DNA from: Candidatus Brocadiia bacterium
Lineage (GTDB): Bacteria > Planctomycetota > MHYJ01 > JACQXL01
Assembly: GCA_041658285.1 (NCBI GenBank)
Contig: JBBAAP010000002.1
Coordinates: forward strand, 44,252-108,251
Length of the DNA: 64,000 nucleotides
Direction: 5' to 3'
The translations under genes and the position numbers were made by a program. The notes beneath the pieces are model-generated. The model was not told where the DNA came from. It worked only from the letters and a program-made list of their open reading frames with translations, and did not search any database. Below are positions 18,110 through 26,855 of this stretch, piece by piece (the stretch's first letter is position 1; each line of letters opens with the position of its first letter).

Positions 18110-19225
18110 CTATTTCTTGGATATTATCTTAACCAACGATTCGCATACAAAATCAACATCTTCTTCGGTCAGATTAGCGGCTGAGGCCAGGGAAATACCT
18201 CTTTTCTCTACTTTTTCCGCCTCCGGATTGGGAAATCTTGGCGGGCCGAAAAAAGGAAATAAACTCATTCTTGGGAATGCCGGCCGGCAATGGATGTTAA
18301 GTTCTTTCAGTCGCTTGACAACCTCATCCCTCGACACTGAAATATTATCCTGGAGCAGTATGGACGGATAACAGTAATTGCTTTTGCAGTCTTTTTTCTC
18401 CTTGATGATTTTGAGACCTTTTATATCTTTCAACCTTTGATAATACCAATCAAATATCTGCCGTTTTTTGGCAACCAGCTCGTTGATTCTTTCTACTTGA
18501 GCCAGCGCAATGGCCGCGGTCAAGTTGGCAATGGTATATTGATATCCGAGCATATCTGACCAAAAAACGGCCTTTGAGTCAGTCCGACCCATCGAAGCCA
18601 ACAAGCAAGCTTTTTCATATAGTTTATCATCATTCGTAACAAATACTCCGCCTTCGCCGCTGGCCGCTATTTTAGCCCCCTGAAAGCTGAAACAGGCAAT
18701 ATCTCCAAAAGTCCCTGTTTTTTGTCCTTTGAACTCCGCGCCTAATGATGGGGCGGCATCTTCTATAACTTTCAGGTTATGCTCTTTGGCTATGGCCATT
18801 ATTTCATCCATTTGCGCCGGATAACCGAATGTATGAACCAGCATTATCGCCTTAGTTTTATTGGTAATAGCTTTCTTTATGGCTTTAGGATCGATGCACC
18901 AGGAATCAGAGTCAATATCGACGAATACCACCTTAGCCCCGGTGTAAGCGATAGAGTACGATGTCGCCACCCAGCTGAAATCAGTGCAGATGACCTCGTC
19001 GCCCTCTTGAAGCCCCAGCGATGCGTTGGCCAGGTGAAGAGCCACAGTACAGCAATGCGTAGCCAAGGCGTGTTTCATCCCCAAATAATCGCAGACAGCC
19101 TTTTCTAGCTTTTTTGTATGCATGTCAAATGTCTCATACCAACCGTTCTTGGCGGCATCAACCACATAATCTATTTCTTTCTGCGTAATCCACGGTCCGG
19201 CAAAACTTATTTTTTTCCTTTGCAT
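18110..19225 (-). CDS. DegT/DnrJ/EryC1/StrS-family PLP-dependent sugar aminotransferase (ArnB-like)
   Basis: It is 371 aa and has the conserved Lys region and fold-type I AAT motifs, in a context with GT2 and GtrA genes. Confidence 0.85.
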   Translation of the reverse strand: MQRKKISFAGPWITQKEIDYVVDAAKNGWYETFDMHTKKLEKAVCDYLGMKHALATHCCTVALHLANASLGLQEGDEVICTDFSWVATSYSIAYTGAKVVFVDIDSDSWCIDPKAIKKAITNKTKAIMLVHTFGYPAQMDEIMAIAKEHNLKVIEDAAPSLGAEFKGQKTGTFGDIACFSFQGAKIAASGEGGVFVTNDDKLYEKACLLASMGRTDSKAVFWSDMLGYQYTIANLTAAIALAQVERINELVAKKRQIFDWYYQRLKDIKGLKIIKEKKDCKSNYCYPSILLQDNISVSRDEVVKRLKELNIHCRPAFPRMSLFPFFGPPRFPNPEAEKVEKRGISLASAANLTEEDVDFVCESLVKIISKK

Positions 19226-19241
19226 AGAAGATACTCCTTTT

Positions 19242-20396
19242 TTATAACTTGAGCAATCTTATGCTCGCCTCTGCCAACTCCTGCTCGCTTTTGGCGAAGC
19301 AAAACCTGACTATATTCTCACCGCCCTTTGAGTGATAAAATGCTTCTCCCGGCACTGTGGCCACGCCGGTTTTTTTCAACAAATACATGGACTTATCCTT
19401 GCTGGTCTTACCCGGCAATATATCGACATCGGCCAGGATGTAATACGCCCCTTTCGGGGCAAACGGCGTTAAGCCTATCCGGGAAAGAATATTGCAGATT
19501 TCGTTTCTTTTCAAATAGTATTTACGGCAAAGATTCTGGTAAAAGCTATCCGGCAATTTCATTATGCCGTTAGCCACGCCCATTTGAAGCGGCGTCGGGC
19601 CGCAGACATAGACCAAATCGTTGATATAACCTATCATCTTAGCCCATTTAGAGTCACAAACGCAATATCCTATGCGCCATCCGGTTATGCTGAATGCCTT
19701 GGAATAGCCGGAGATAGTAATTGTCCGGTTTTTTATTTCACTTAATGACCCGGGGCTTATGTGCTTCAGGCCGTCATAAACAAAATATTCGTATATCTCA
19801 TCGGTAAACACAAAAAAGTCGTGTTTTATCGCTAATCTGGCTATATCCTTCAATTCGGCCAAAGAAAAAACCTTACCGGCCGGATTTGACGGGGTGTTTA
19901 TCATTATGCCCTTGGTGCGCGGGCCGATAGCCTTAGCCAGGTCTTTCAAGTCAAACGACCAATCCGGCGGAGACAACTTCACATAAACCGGTTTTGCCCC
20001 GGCCGCAATCAAAGTATTGATATGGTATTCGTAATACGGCTCAAAAATAATGACTTCGTCTCCGGGGTTAAGCAAAGCTAGGCAGGCGCAATAAAATGCA
20101 CCGGTAGAGCCGGCAGAAACCACCACATCTGTTTCAGGGTTCGCATATATTCCATTATGCCGTTTCATCTTGGCCGCGATGGCATTACGCAATTCAGGCA
20201 GACCGTCATGCCGACTATAATAATTCAAGCCGTCATCCATGGCCTTTACGGCTCCCTTCTTAACAGCCGTTGGCAAGGGCATATTACATACGCCCTGCGA
20301 CATATTGATGCCACCCGCTTTTTCGCATTCCACTGACATATTGCGGATCTCTGAACGCACCAGTCTGGATGAACGCTTGCTTACTGACAACTTCAT
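19242..20396 (-). CDS. Class I/II PLP-dependent aminotransferase
   Basis: It is 384 aa and has an SGYSKAFS-type Lys motif and aspartate-aminotransferase-like organisation. Confidence 0.7.
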   Translation of the reverse strand: MKLSVSKRSSRLVRSEIRNMSVECEKAGGINMSQGVCNMPLPTAVKKGAVKAMDDGLNYYSRHDGLPELRNAIAAKMKRHNGIYANPETDVVVSAGSTGAFYCACLALLNPGDEVIIFEPYYEYHINTLIAAGAKPVYVKLSPPDWSFDLKDLAKAIGPRTKGIMINTPSNPAGKVFSLAELKDIARLAIKHDFFVFTDEIYEYFVYDGLKHISPGSLSEIKNRTITISGYSKAFSITGWRIGYCVCDSKWAKMIGYINDLVYVCGPTPLQMGVANGIMKLPDSFYQNLCRKYYLKRNEICNILSRIGLTPFAPKGAYYILADVDILPGKTSKDKSMYLLKKTGVATVPGEAFYHSKGGENIVRFCFAKSEQELAEASIRLLKL

Positions 20397-20397
20397 A

Positions 20398-21027
20398 TTA
20401 TTTCACTTTCAGGGACAGAAGCATTTCAACATAATATCGTTTTATCGCGCCGGTGTAATTTGCGGGCGCCTCAACCCATTCGATTCTATCCTCTTTTTCG
20501 ATTCTTATCAAAGGTATCCGTCCTTTTTCCATGAAACCAAGCCTATCATAAAGGTTTAATGCCTTGGCATTGTCTGACATGACTTTCAGGGAATAATTTC
20601 CAAGATTCAAATTCTTTTGCCCCCATTCCATCATGTTTTTTATTGCATCGCCAATCAAGCCGGGACAACCCGGCTCGCCGCGGACAATATTATCGATTTC
20701 ACATATATTCTTATCATAATCAAACCTGAATAAACCTATATGCCCGATGTACTTATTTTTTACTTTTATTACAAACAACAACCTATCAGGCGTTTCAATC
20801 ACACCTTTTTGAAACCATTTTGTCGTGCCTTCTACCGTGACCTTGAATTGGGCCGGGAACCACATTTCATGTTGTTTCCGCCAGTTGGCAAGCAAACCCA
20901 TTAAAACTTGGTCTTGTGCGCATTCATCAGTCATCAGAATAAGGTCATATTCGCAGCCATTCAAATTACCCTTGATAATATCATCACCGAAATGGCTGTA
21001 TTTTAATTTTTTGATTCTTTCGAGCAT
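20398..21027 (-). CDS. GNAT-like N-acetyltransferase (PseH-like sugar N-acetyltransferase); weak call
   Basis: It is 209 aa, has the GNAT motif-A-like RGEPGCPGLIGDAI, and sits in a sugar-modification context. Confidence 0.4.
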   Translation of the reverse strand: MLERIKKLKYSHFGDDIIKGNLNGCEYDLILMTDECAQDQVLMGLLANWRKQHEMWFPAQFKVTVEGTTKWFQKGVIETPDRLLFVIKVKNKYIGHIGLFRFDYDKNICEIDNIVRGEPGCPGLIGDAIKNMMEWGQKNLNLGNYSLKVMSDNAKALNLYDRLGFMEKGRIPLIRIEKEDRIEWVEAPANYTGAIKRYYVEMLLSLKVK

Positions 21028-21052
21028 GCTTATGAATTGTAAAGGATTCCTA

Positions 21053-22849
21053 TTATTCTTTAATAGGTTTTATCACCATTTCACTGTTAAATTCCGCCCT
21101 GCTTAAAAATGGGTACATATCTTCAAGCGGCTTAGAAATCATAACGCCATCTGATTTTTTATATGAAGCGACCGTAGGCACAATCTCCTGGTTTCTTAAA
21201 CACATAACCTCGCATATTACGGCTTTGGAATAGGCTAATACTTTCTTTAATACCACATCAAGGTCTTTGCTGCGCGGCACCTTGAAATACTTGATGCCGT
21301 ACGCGGCAGCAATCTTTTGCACGCTGGGAAATGACACGCCGGAAGTCGAATCCGTTCCGATAAAACGCTTATCAAAAAACTTACCCTGGGTCGCCCTTAT
21401 GGACAGATAACCGTCATTGTTCCACACAAAAAGCTTGATGGGAAGTTTATAATGCACTACGGTTTGCAACTCCTGGATATTCATCTGGAATGAACCGTCC
21501 CCGGTAATACCGATAGTTTCCTTTTTATTCCTGGCGACGCAGACGCCGATGGCCGCCGGCAAGGTATATCCCATTTCCGCCTGTCCGCCGGATGTAATAT
21601 ACCGTTGTCCGTTTTTCAGCTGGATACCCTGGGAGGTAGCATAAAATGACGAGCCGGCATCTGAAACGACGGCCGAATCGGATTTCAGCTGTCTTGAAAG
21701 CCGGTCAACAAAATAGTAAAGATTTACGCCTTTTTTTTCTGATGCATATTCAGGCAAACAAACCGGATACTTTTTTTTCCATTCAAAGCATTTAGCCGCC
21801 CATCTTTGAGTATCTGGTTTTGGCTGACCCCTCATAGCCGTTATGAATTTACCGGCATCGGCATTAATGAATAGATTTATCTTTATAGTCTTTTTACGGT
21901 GCTCTTCCGGATCAATATCAATCACGGCTATCTTTGCCTGCCGGGCAAAGGTGTCATAAGCATGGCCGGTAGAACTTACGCTTAACCGGCTGCCGATGGC
22001 TATGACCAGGTCTGCATTCTGTACGGCAAGATTTCCGGCCCTATCCCCTTTGTTGCCTATGCGCCCTATGAATAAGGGGTGCGCGCTGGGCAGGATATTT
22101 ATCCCCAGCCGTGAAGCAACAACCGGAATACGGTAATTTTCGATGAATTTCCGGAACTTATCTATGGATTTTGACAGGCGAACACCCTGCCCCGCTATTA
22201 TGACCGGCCTTTGGGCCCGAGTAAGCCATTTGCTTATTGTATTTATTTCATCTTTGGTAGGTTCTTCTTTATATTTTTTAGCTAATTTTTTAGCGTCAAA
22301 TTTTTTAAGCTTTGACTCATCAATAATAGAGCTCTGCACATCAAGCGGTATATCAAGCCAGACCGGACCGGGACGCCCTGTTTTGGCAAGATAAGTTGCT
22401 TTATCCAGGTAATATTTTATTTCATATGGGTCATTGACCATAACCGCATATTTAGTCAGAGGCTCAACTATCGCGATTATGTCTGCTTCCTGGACCCCGA
22501 ATTGCCTTAATTTCAGGCCGGAATTGCGGACGGTCTCGCTGCGCTTAGATTGTCCTGAAATAAACATGCAAGGCACATTATCCTGCCAGGCGTTCAAAAG
22601 TCCGGTAATAGCGTTAGTCCCGCCGCACCCTGTCGTAACATAAGCGACTCCAAAATTTTCGTTATATTTAGCGTAGGACACGGCGGCCATTGCTGAGGCT
22701 TGTTCATGATGATTGCAAATAGCTTTGAGCTTGGGATGTTGCACAATGCCATCCGAGAGAAACATCATCCCTCCGCCGGAGACCATAAATACGTCCTTAA
22801 CCCCTAATTTATAAACGTAATCGGCAATATAATCAGCTATTCTTATCAT
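21053..22849 (-). CDS. Thiamine-pyrophosphate-dependent enzyme of the acetolactate synthase large-subunit family (YerE-like branched-sugar synthase candidate)
   Basis: It has the N-terminal TPP-Pyr domain, a central domain and the C-terminal TPP-binding GDGxF-N motif (ITGDGSFQMNIQEL). It sits adjacent to ddhABC. Confidence 0.8.
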   Translation of the reverse strand: MIRIADYIADYVYKLGVKDVFMVSGGGMMFLSDGIVQHPKLKAICNHHEQASAMAAVSYAKYNENFGVAYVTTGCGGTNAITGLLNAWQDNVPCMFISGQSKRSETVRNSGLKLRQFGVQEADIIAIVEPLTKYAVMVNDPYEIKYYLDKATYLAKTGRPGPVWLDIPLDVQSSIIDESKLKKFDAKKLAKKYKEEPTKDEINTISKWLTRAQRPVIIAGQGVRLSKSIDKFRKFIENYRIPVVASRLGINILPSAHPLFIGRIGNKGDRAGNLAVQNADLVIAIGSRLSVSSTGHAYDTFARQAKIAVIDIDPEEHRKKTIKINLFINADAGKFITAMRGQPKPDTQRWAAKCFEWKKKYPVCLPEYASEKKGVNLYYFVDRLSRQLKSDSAVVSDAGSSFYATSQGIQLKNGQRYITSGGQAEMGYTLPAAIGVCVARNKKETIGITGDGSFQMNIQELQTVVHYKLPIKLFVWNNDGYLSIRATQGKFFDKRFIGTDSTSGVSFPSVQKIAAAYGIKYFKVPRSKDLDVVLKKVLAYSKAVICEVMCLRNQEIVPTVASYKKSDGVMISKPLEDMYPFLSRAEFNSEMVIKPIKE

Positions 22850-22876
22850 AAATTAAGTTATTACTAAACTATATTA

Positions 22877-23626
22877 TTATATCGTAATAATCTTATCGTC
22901 TACTGCAACAAATGATTGCTTAAAAACCTTCTGTGCGTGTGATTGTGCTAATTTCCGGTCTTTTAACGATGTGTAAACGCTGGCGTCGAAATGGGTCAGA
23001 TATAATTTCGCGACTTTGGATTCCTTAGCAATCCCGGCGGCTGATTCCGGGTTTAAATGCGGCCATTCGGGGTTTACCTGCCCGCTTCTGAAAGCACATT
23101 CAGTTATCAGGATATCGGCGTTTTTGGCTATTTTTACGGCGTTTGGACAATATCCAGTATCCGGACAATAGCTGATAACCCTGGAATCGGTTTCTATCCG
23201 GCATCCTATCGTCATATCAGAGTGCTTGAGCCTGCTGACGGATATCTTGAACGGCAGCCTGGGCCGATCTTTCGGCAGTTCAAAAATGTCAACCTTAAAC
23301 GGCAGTTTACTAAAATCAATGGTATAAGGAGACTTGATAATTCTCCCTAGTGCACTTTTAGCGCCAACCGAGCTCAATATTGTAAGTTTTTTTAAAAACC
23401 GCAGTTTTGCCAGGGTATGCATGCCTTCTATATGGTCTAAATGGAAGTGGCTCAGAAAAAGGTATGCGGGCTTGGGATTATTTGAATCTATGTACCGGCC
23501 TAATTTATGAATTCCGTTGCCGGCATCCAGAACGATAAGGAATTGTTCGGTATTGATAAGAGTGCATATGGTGTTGCCTGTATTGGTGTCATACCAACCG
23601 TTGGTCCCTAAAAAAACGATTTGCAT
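22877..23626 (-). CDS. MBL-fold metallo-hydrolase
   Basis: The metallo-beta-lactamase motif is LSHFHLDHIEG. Confidence 0.7.
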   Translation of the reverse strand: MQIVFLGTNGWYDTNTGNTICTLINTEQFLIVLDAGNGIHKLGRYIDSNNPKPAYLFLSHFHLDHIEGMHTLAKLRFLKKLTILSSVGAKSALGRIIKSPYTIDFSKLPFKVDIFELPKDRPRLPFKISVSRLKHSDMTIGCRIETDSRVISYCPDTGYCPNAVKIAKNADILITECAFRSGQVNPEWPHLNPESAAGIAKESKVAKLYLTHFDASVYTSLKDRKLAQSHAQKVFKQSFVAVDDKIITI

Positions 23627-23627
23627 C

Positions 23628-24968
23628 TTATTCCCCGGTAAAATCCTTTATGCTCTTTATTATGTATTCTATCATCCCTTTTTTCATGCCCGGATAGACG
23701 CCCAGCCAGAATGACTGGTTCATTATCATATCGGTATTTTCCAGGCTCCCGATTGTTCTGTAACCCTTTTTGGATTTACGCATCTCGTCAAAACAGGGAT
23801 GTTTTATGATATTACCGCTAAAAAGCATCCGGGTCTGGATATTCCGGCCTTCCAGGTAGTTGACCAGTTCTTCCCTGCTAAAACCGGCATCTTCCTTTAC
23901 CGTTAGCATGAATCCGAACCAGCTGGGGTCCGTATTGCGCGATATCTCGGGAAGGATAAATTTATGGCTCAGGCCGAATAACCCATTCTTAAGTGATTGC
24001 CAGTTATTTTTCCTATCTTTTATGAAAGCAGGAAGCTTCTTCAATTGGGCGCAACCGATGGCCGCCTGCATATCAGTGGCCTTAAGGTTATACCCCAGAT
24101 GCGAATAGACATATTTATGGTCATAGCCGAACGGCAGTTCCCCGAATTTCTGGGTGAACCTGCTCCGGCAGGTGTTATCTTTACCGGACGGGCAAACGCA
24201 ATCACGCCCCCAATCCCTGAACGATTCAATCAGTTTCTTTAATAACGGATCATTGGTGTAAACCGCCCCGCCTTCCCCCATGGTCATATGATGCGGCGGA
24301 TAAAAGCTTGATGTCCCGATATGGCCGACGGTGCCGGTATACCGCCATTTGCCTTTATATAAATACCTGGAGCCCAACGAATCGCAGTTGTCTTCTATCA
24401 GCCATAAACCGTGCTTATTGCAGAATTCTTTTACTTTGGTTATGTCAAAGGGGTTGCCCAAAGTATGCGCAAAAATAACCGCTTTTGTTTTAGATGACAG
24501 CGCTTTTTCAAGCAAAGAACAATCAACGTTGTATGACGGCAGGCTGACATCAACAAACACAGGCACGGCGCCATATTGGATTATCGGCACGACCGTGGTC
24601 GGGAACCCGGCCGCCACGGTTATGACCTCATCACCTCTTTTTATCCGGCGCGGCCCGAGCCTGGGCGAGGTCAGGGCCATAAAGGCCAGCAGATTTGCCG
24701 AAGAACCGGAATTTACCAAGGAACAATACCTAACACCCAGGAATTCAGCCAGATTTTTTTCGAATTCGGCGGCGTATTTTCCGGTGGTCAACCAGAAGTC
24801 AAGCGCCGAATCGATTAAAGCGCTGATTTCCCGCTCGTCAAAGACACGCCCGGCATACGAGATACGATCACCAGGCTTGAATGCCCCGGTCTTCCTGTGG
24901 ACCAGCCGGTAATAACGGCCAGCTAAACTCATTATCTGTTTTTTAACACTGTCTCCGGAATCATTCAT
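23628..24968 (-). CDS. ddhC: CDP-6-deoxy-D-xylo-4-hexulose-3-dehydrase (E1, RfbH/DdhC)
   Basis: It is near-collinear with Yersinia DdhC: WLTTGKY, SGSSANLLA, VITVAAGFPTTV, FRDWGRDC, FGYDHKYVYSHLGYNLK.TDMQAA and DPSWFGF. The start is set at the MNDSG methionine to avoid overlap with ddhB. Confidence 0.85.
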   Translation of the reverse strand: MNDSGDSVKKQIMSLAGRYYRLVHRKTGAFKPGDRISYAGRVFDEREISALIDSALDFWLTTGKYAAEFEKNLAEFLGVRYCSLVNSGSSANLLAFMALTSPRLGPRRIKRGDEVITVAAGFPTTVVPIIQYGAVPVFVDVSLPSYNVDCSLLEKALSSKTKAVIFAHTLGNPFDITKVKEFCNKHGLWLIEDNCDSLGSRYLYKGKWRYTGTVGHIGTSSFYPPHHMTMGEGGAVYTNDPLLKKLIESFRDWGRDCVCPSGKDNTCRSRFTQKFGELPFGYDHKYVYSHLGYNLKATDMQAAIGCAQLKKLPAFIKDRKNNWQSLKNGLFGLSHKFILPEISRNTDPSWFGFMLTVKEDAGFSREELVNYLEGRNIQTRMLFSGNIIKHPCFDEMRKSKKGYRTIGSLENTDMIMNQSFWLGVYPGMKKGMIEYIIKSIKDFTGE

Positions 24969-24969
24969 A

Positions 24970-26055
24970 TCACACCTTTTGATTACCTGAGGAATATTCT
25001 TTAATCTGTTCCAGGCAAACATTCCTGAGGTTTGCCTTGTGCTTATAAGCCAAGGACCACTGGACCACCTTATCCAGGGCGTAAGAAAGATTCCAGCGCG
25101 GTTTCCAGCCCAGTAAAGCCCTGGCCTTGAAACAATTAAGCTTCAGGTAACCGGCTTCGTGGAGATGCTGTCTCTTGTCCACCACGTAAAAAGCATCTTT
25201 ACCCCATTTTTGGCAGAGTGTTTTAACAACCCATTCCACCGGTTGGGCATCTTTTTCGTCCGGCCCGAAATTCCATGCCTGGGCGTATCGGGGACCATTT
25301 TTGTAAAGTTTTTGGGCCAGGATAAGGTAACCGGCCAAAGGTTCCAGCACATACTGCCACGGTCTGATTGCCTTGGGATTCCTTATGATGATTTTTTTTC
25401 CTTTTAATAAAAAGTTTACGCAATCCGGAATAAGCCGGTCTCGCGCCCAGTCGCCGCCTCCGATGACATTCCCGGCCCGGGCGGTGGCCACAGCAACTCC
25501 GTGGGCGCGGTATTTATCCGGGTTGAAATAAGAATTGCGGTAAGCAGATGTCACCAGCTCCGAGCAAGCCTTACTGCTGGAATACGGGTCATAACCGCCC
25601 AGCGGGTCATTTTCCTTATACCCTTTAAGTACTTCCAGATTCTCATAGCATTTATCGGTAGTAACATTTATGATTGCCTTTACGCCTTTGCATTGCCTGA
25701 CGGACTCAAGGAGATTAACCGTGCCCATAATGTTTATGGCATAGGTCTCTACCGGCAGTTTATATGAATCGCGCACCAACGGCTGGGCCGCCATATGTAT
25801 GACGATTTCCGGCCGGGCCGACAAAATGGATTTTATCAACGACCGCAAATCACGGACATCCGCGATATTAGATTTGACCAATTTGTTTATCCGACACAAA
25901 TCGTACAAGCTTGGCTTTGTCGGCGGGTTTAAGGCATAACCGATAACCTTAGCGCCGAGAGAATGGAGCCAAAGACATAACCAGGAACCTTTGAAGCCGG
26001 TATGGCCGGTTATGAAAACCCTTTTATTGCGCCAAAAATTATTATCAACTGTCAT
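24970..26055 (-). CDS. ddhB: CDP-glucose 4,6-dehydratase
   Basis: It has the Rossmann motif GHTGFKGSWL and the SDR YxxxK, and is 361 aa as RfbG. Confidence 0.85.
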   Translation of the reverse strand: MTVDNNFWRNKRVFITGHTGFKGSWLCLWLHSLGAKVIGYALNPPTKPSLYDLCRINKLVKSNIADVRDLRSLIKSILSARPEIVIHMAAQPLVRDSYKLPVETYAINIMGTVNLLESVRQCKGVKAIINVTTDKCYENLEVLKGYKENDPLGGYDPYSSSKACSELVTSAYRNSYFNPDKYRAHGVAVATARAGNVIGGGDWARDRLIPDCVNFLLKGKKIIIRNPKAIRPWQYVLEPLAGYLILAQKLYKNGPRYAQAWNFGPDEKDAQPVEWVVKTLCQKWGKDAFYVVDKRQHLHEAGYLKLNCFKARALLGWKPRWNLSYALDKVVQWSLAYKHKANLRNVCLEQIKEYSSGNQKV

Positions 26056-26832
26056 TTAACGCCAGACCTTCCACGGCGCCTTATCGGCCGCCCAAAGGTT
26101 TTCTAAATAGTTCTTGTCCCTTAACGTATCCATCGGCTGGAAAAATCCTTTATGTTTAAACGCCTTTAGCTGACCTCTTTTTGCCAATGCCTCCAGCGGC
26201 TGTCTCTCCAAAATAGTGCTGTCATCTTTCAGGTAATCAAATATGGCCGGCTCAAATACGAAAAATCCGGCGTTTATCCAGCCGCCCTCACCCTTAGGCT
26301 TTTCCTGAAATCCTTTTACTGAATCATTTTGAGACAAATCAAGAACCCCGAACCTGCCTACAGGTTGGGATGCCGTAACAGTCGCTGTCTTGCCGTGCGC
26401 TTTATGGAATTTAACGGCCGCTTTGATATCCACATCGGCCACGCCATCGCCGTAAGTAAGCATAAATGAAGCTTTGCCCACATAGTCTTTAATCCTTTTC
26501 AGCCGACCGCCGGTCATCGTTTCAAGCCCGGTATTTACCAGGGTAACCTTCCACGGTTCGGCCGTATGGGTATGAATTATCTTTTTATTTTGGTTCTTAA
26601 AATCAAAGGTGACATTAGATTCGTGCAGGAAGTAGTTGGCAAAATACTCTTTTATGACATACCCCTTGTATCCCAGGCAGATGATAAAATCGTTGAATCC
26701 GTAATGCGAATAGATTTTCATGATGTGCCAAAGAACAGGTTTTTCGCCGATTTCAATCATCGGCTTGGGTTTAAGCTGAGATTCCTCGCTTATTCTGGAG
26801 CCCAAACCACCGGCAAGTATAACGACTTTCAT
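26056..26832 (-). CDS. ddhA: Glucose-1-phosphate cytidylyltransferase
   Basis: MKVVILAGGLGSRISEE...KPMIEIGEKPVLWHIM is typical of RfbF/DdhA. The length is 258 aa. Confidence 0.85.
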   Translation of the reverse strand: MKVVILAGGLGSRISEESQLKPKPMIEIGEKPVLWHIMKIYSHYGFNDFIICLGYKGYVIKEYFANYFLHESNVTFDFKNQNKKIIHTHTAEPWKVTLVNTGLETMTGGRLKRIKDYVGKASFMLTYGDGVADVDIKAAVKFHKAHGKTATVTASQPVGRFGVLDLSQNDSVKGFQEKPKGEGGWINAGFFVFEPAIFDYLKDDSTILERQPLEALAKRGQLKAFKHKGFFQPMDTLRDKNYLENLWAADKAPWKVWR

Positions 26833-26855
26833 AAAAAGCTCCTTATGTGAAAATT

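Noticed and set aside
23628-25022. ORF-table start of ddhC at 25022, overlapping ddhB by 53 nt
   Set aside because: The first 18 codons have no counterpart in DdhC alignments and overlap the upstream gene. The internal Met (MNDSG) at 24968 gives a 2 nt gap and a conventional length. Similar trimming was applied to the PHP gene, the fibre-like gene, the antitoxin, the sugar dehydrogenase, rsmE and dapB.
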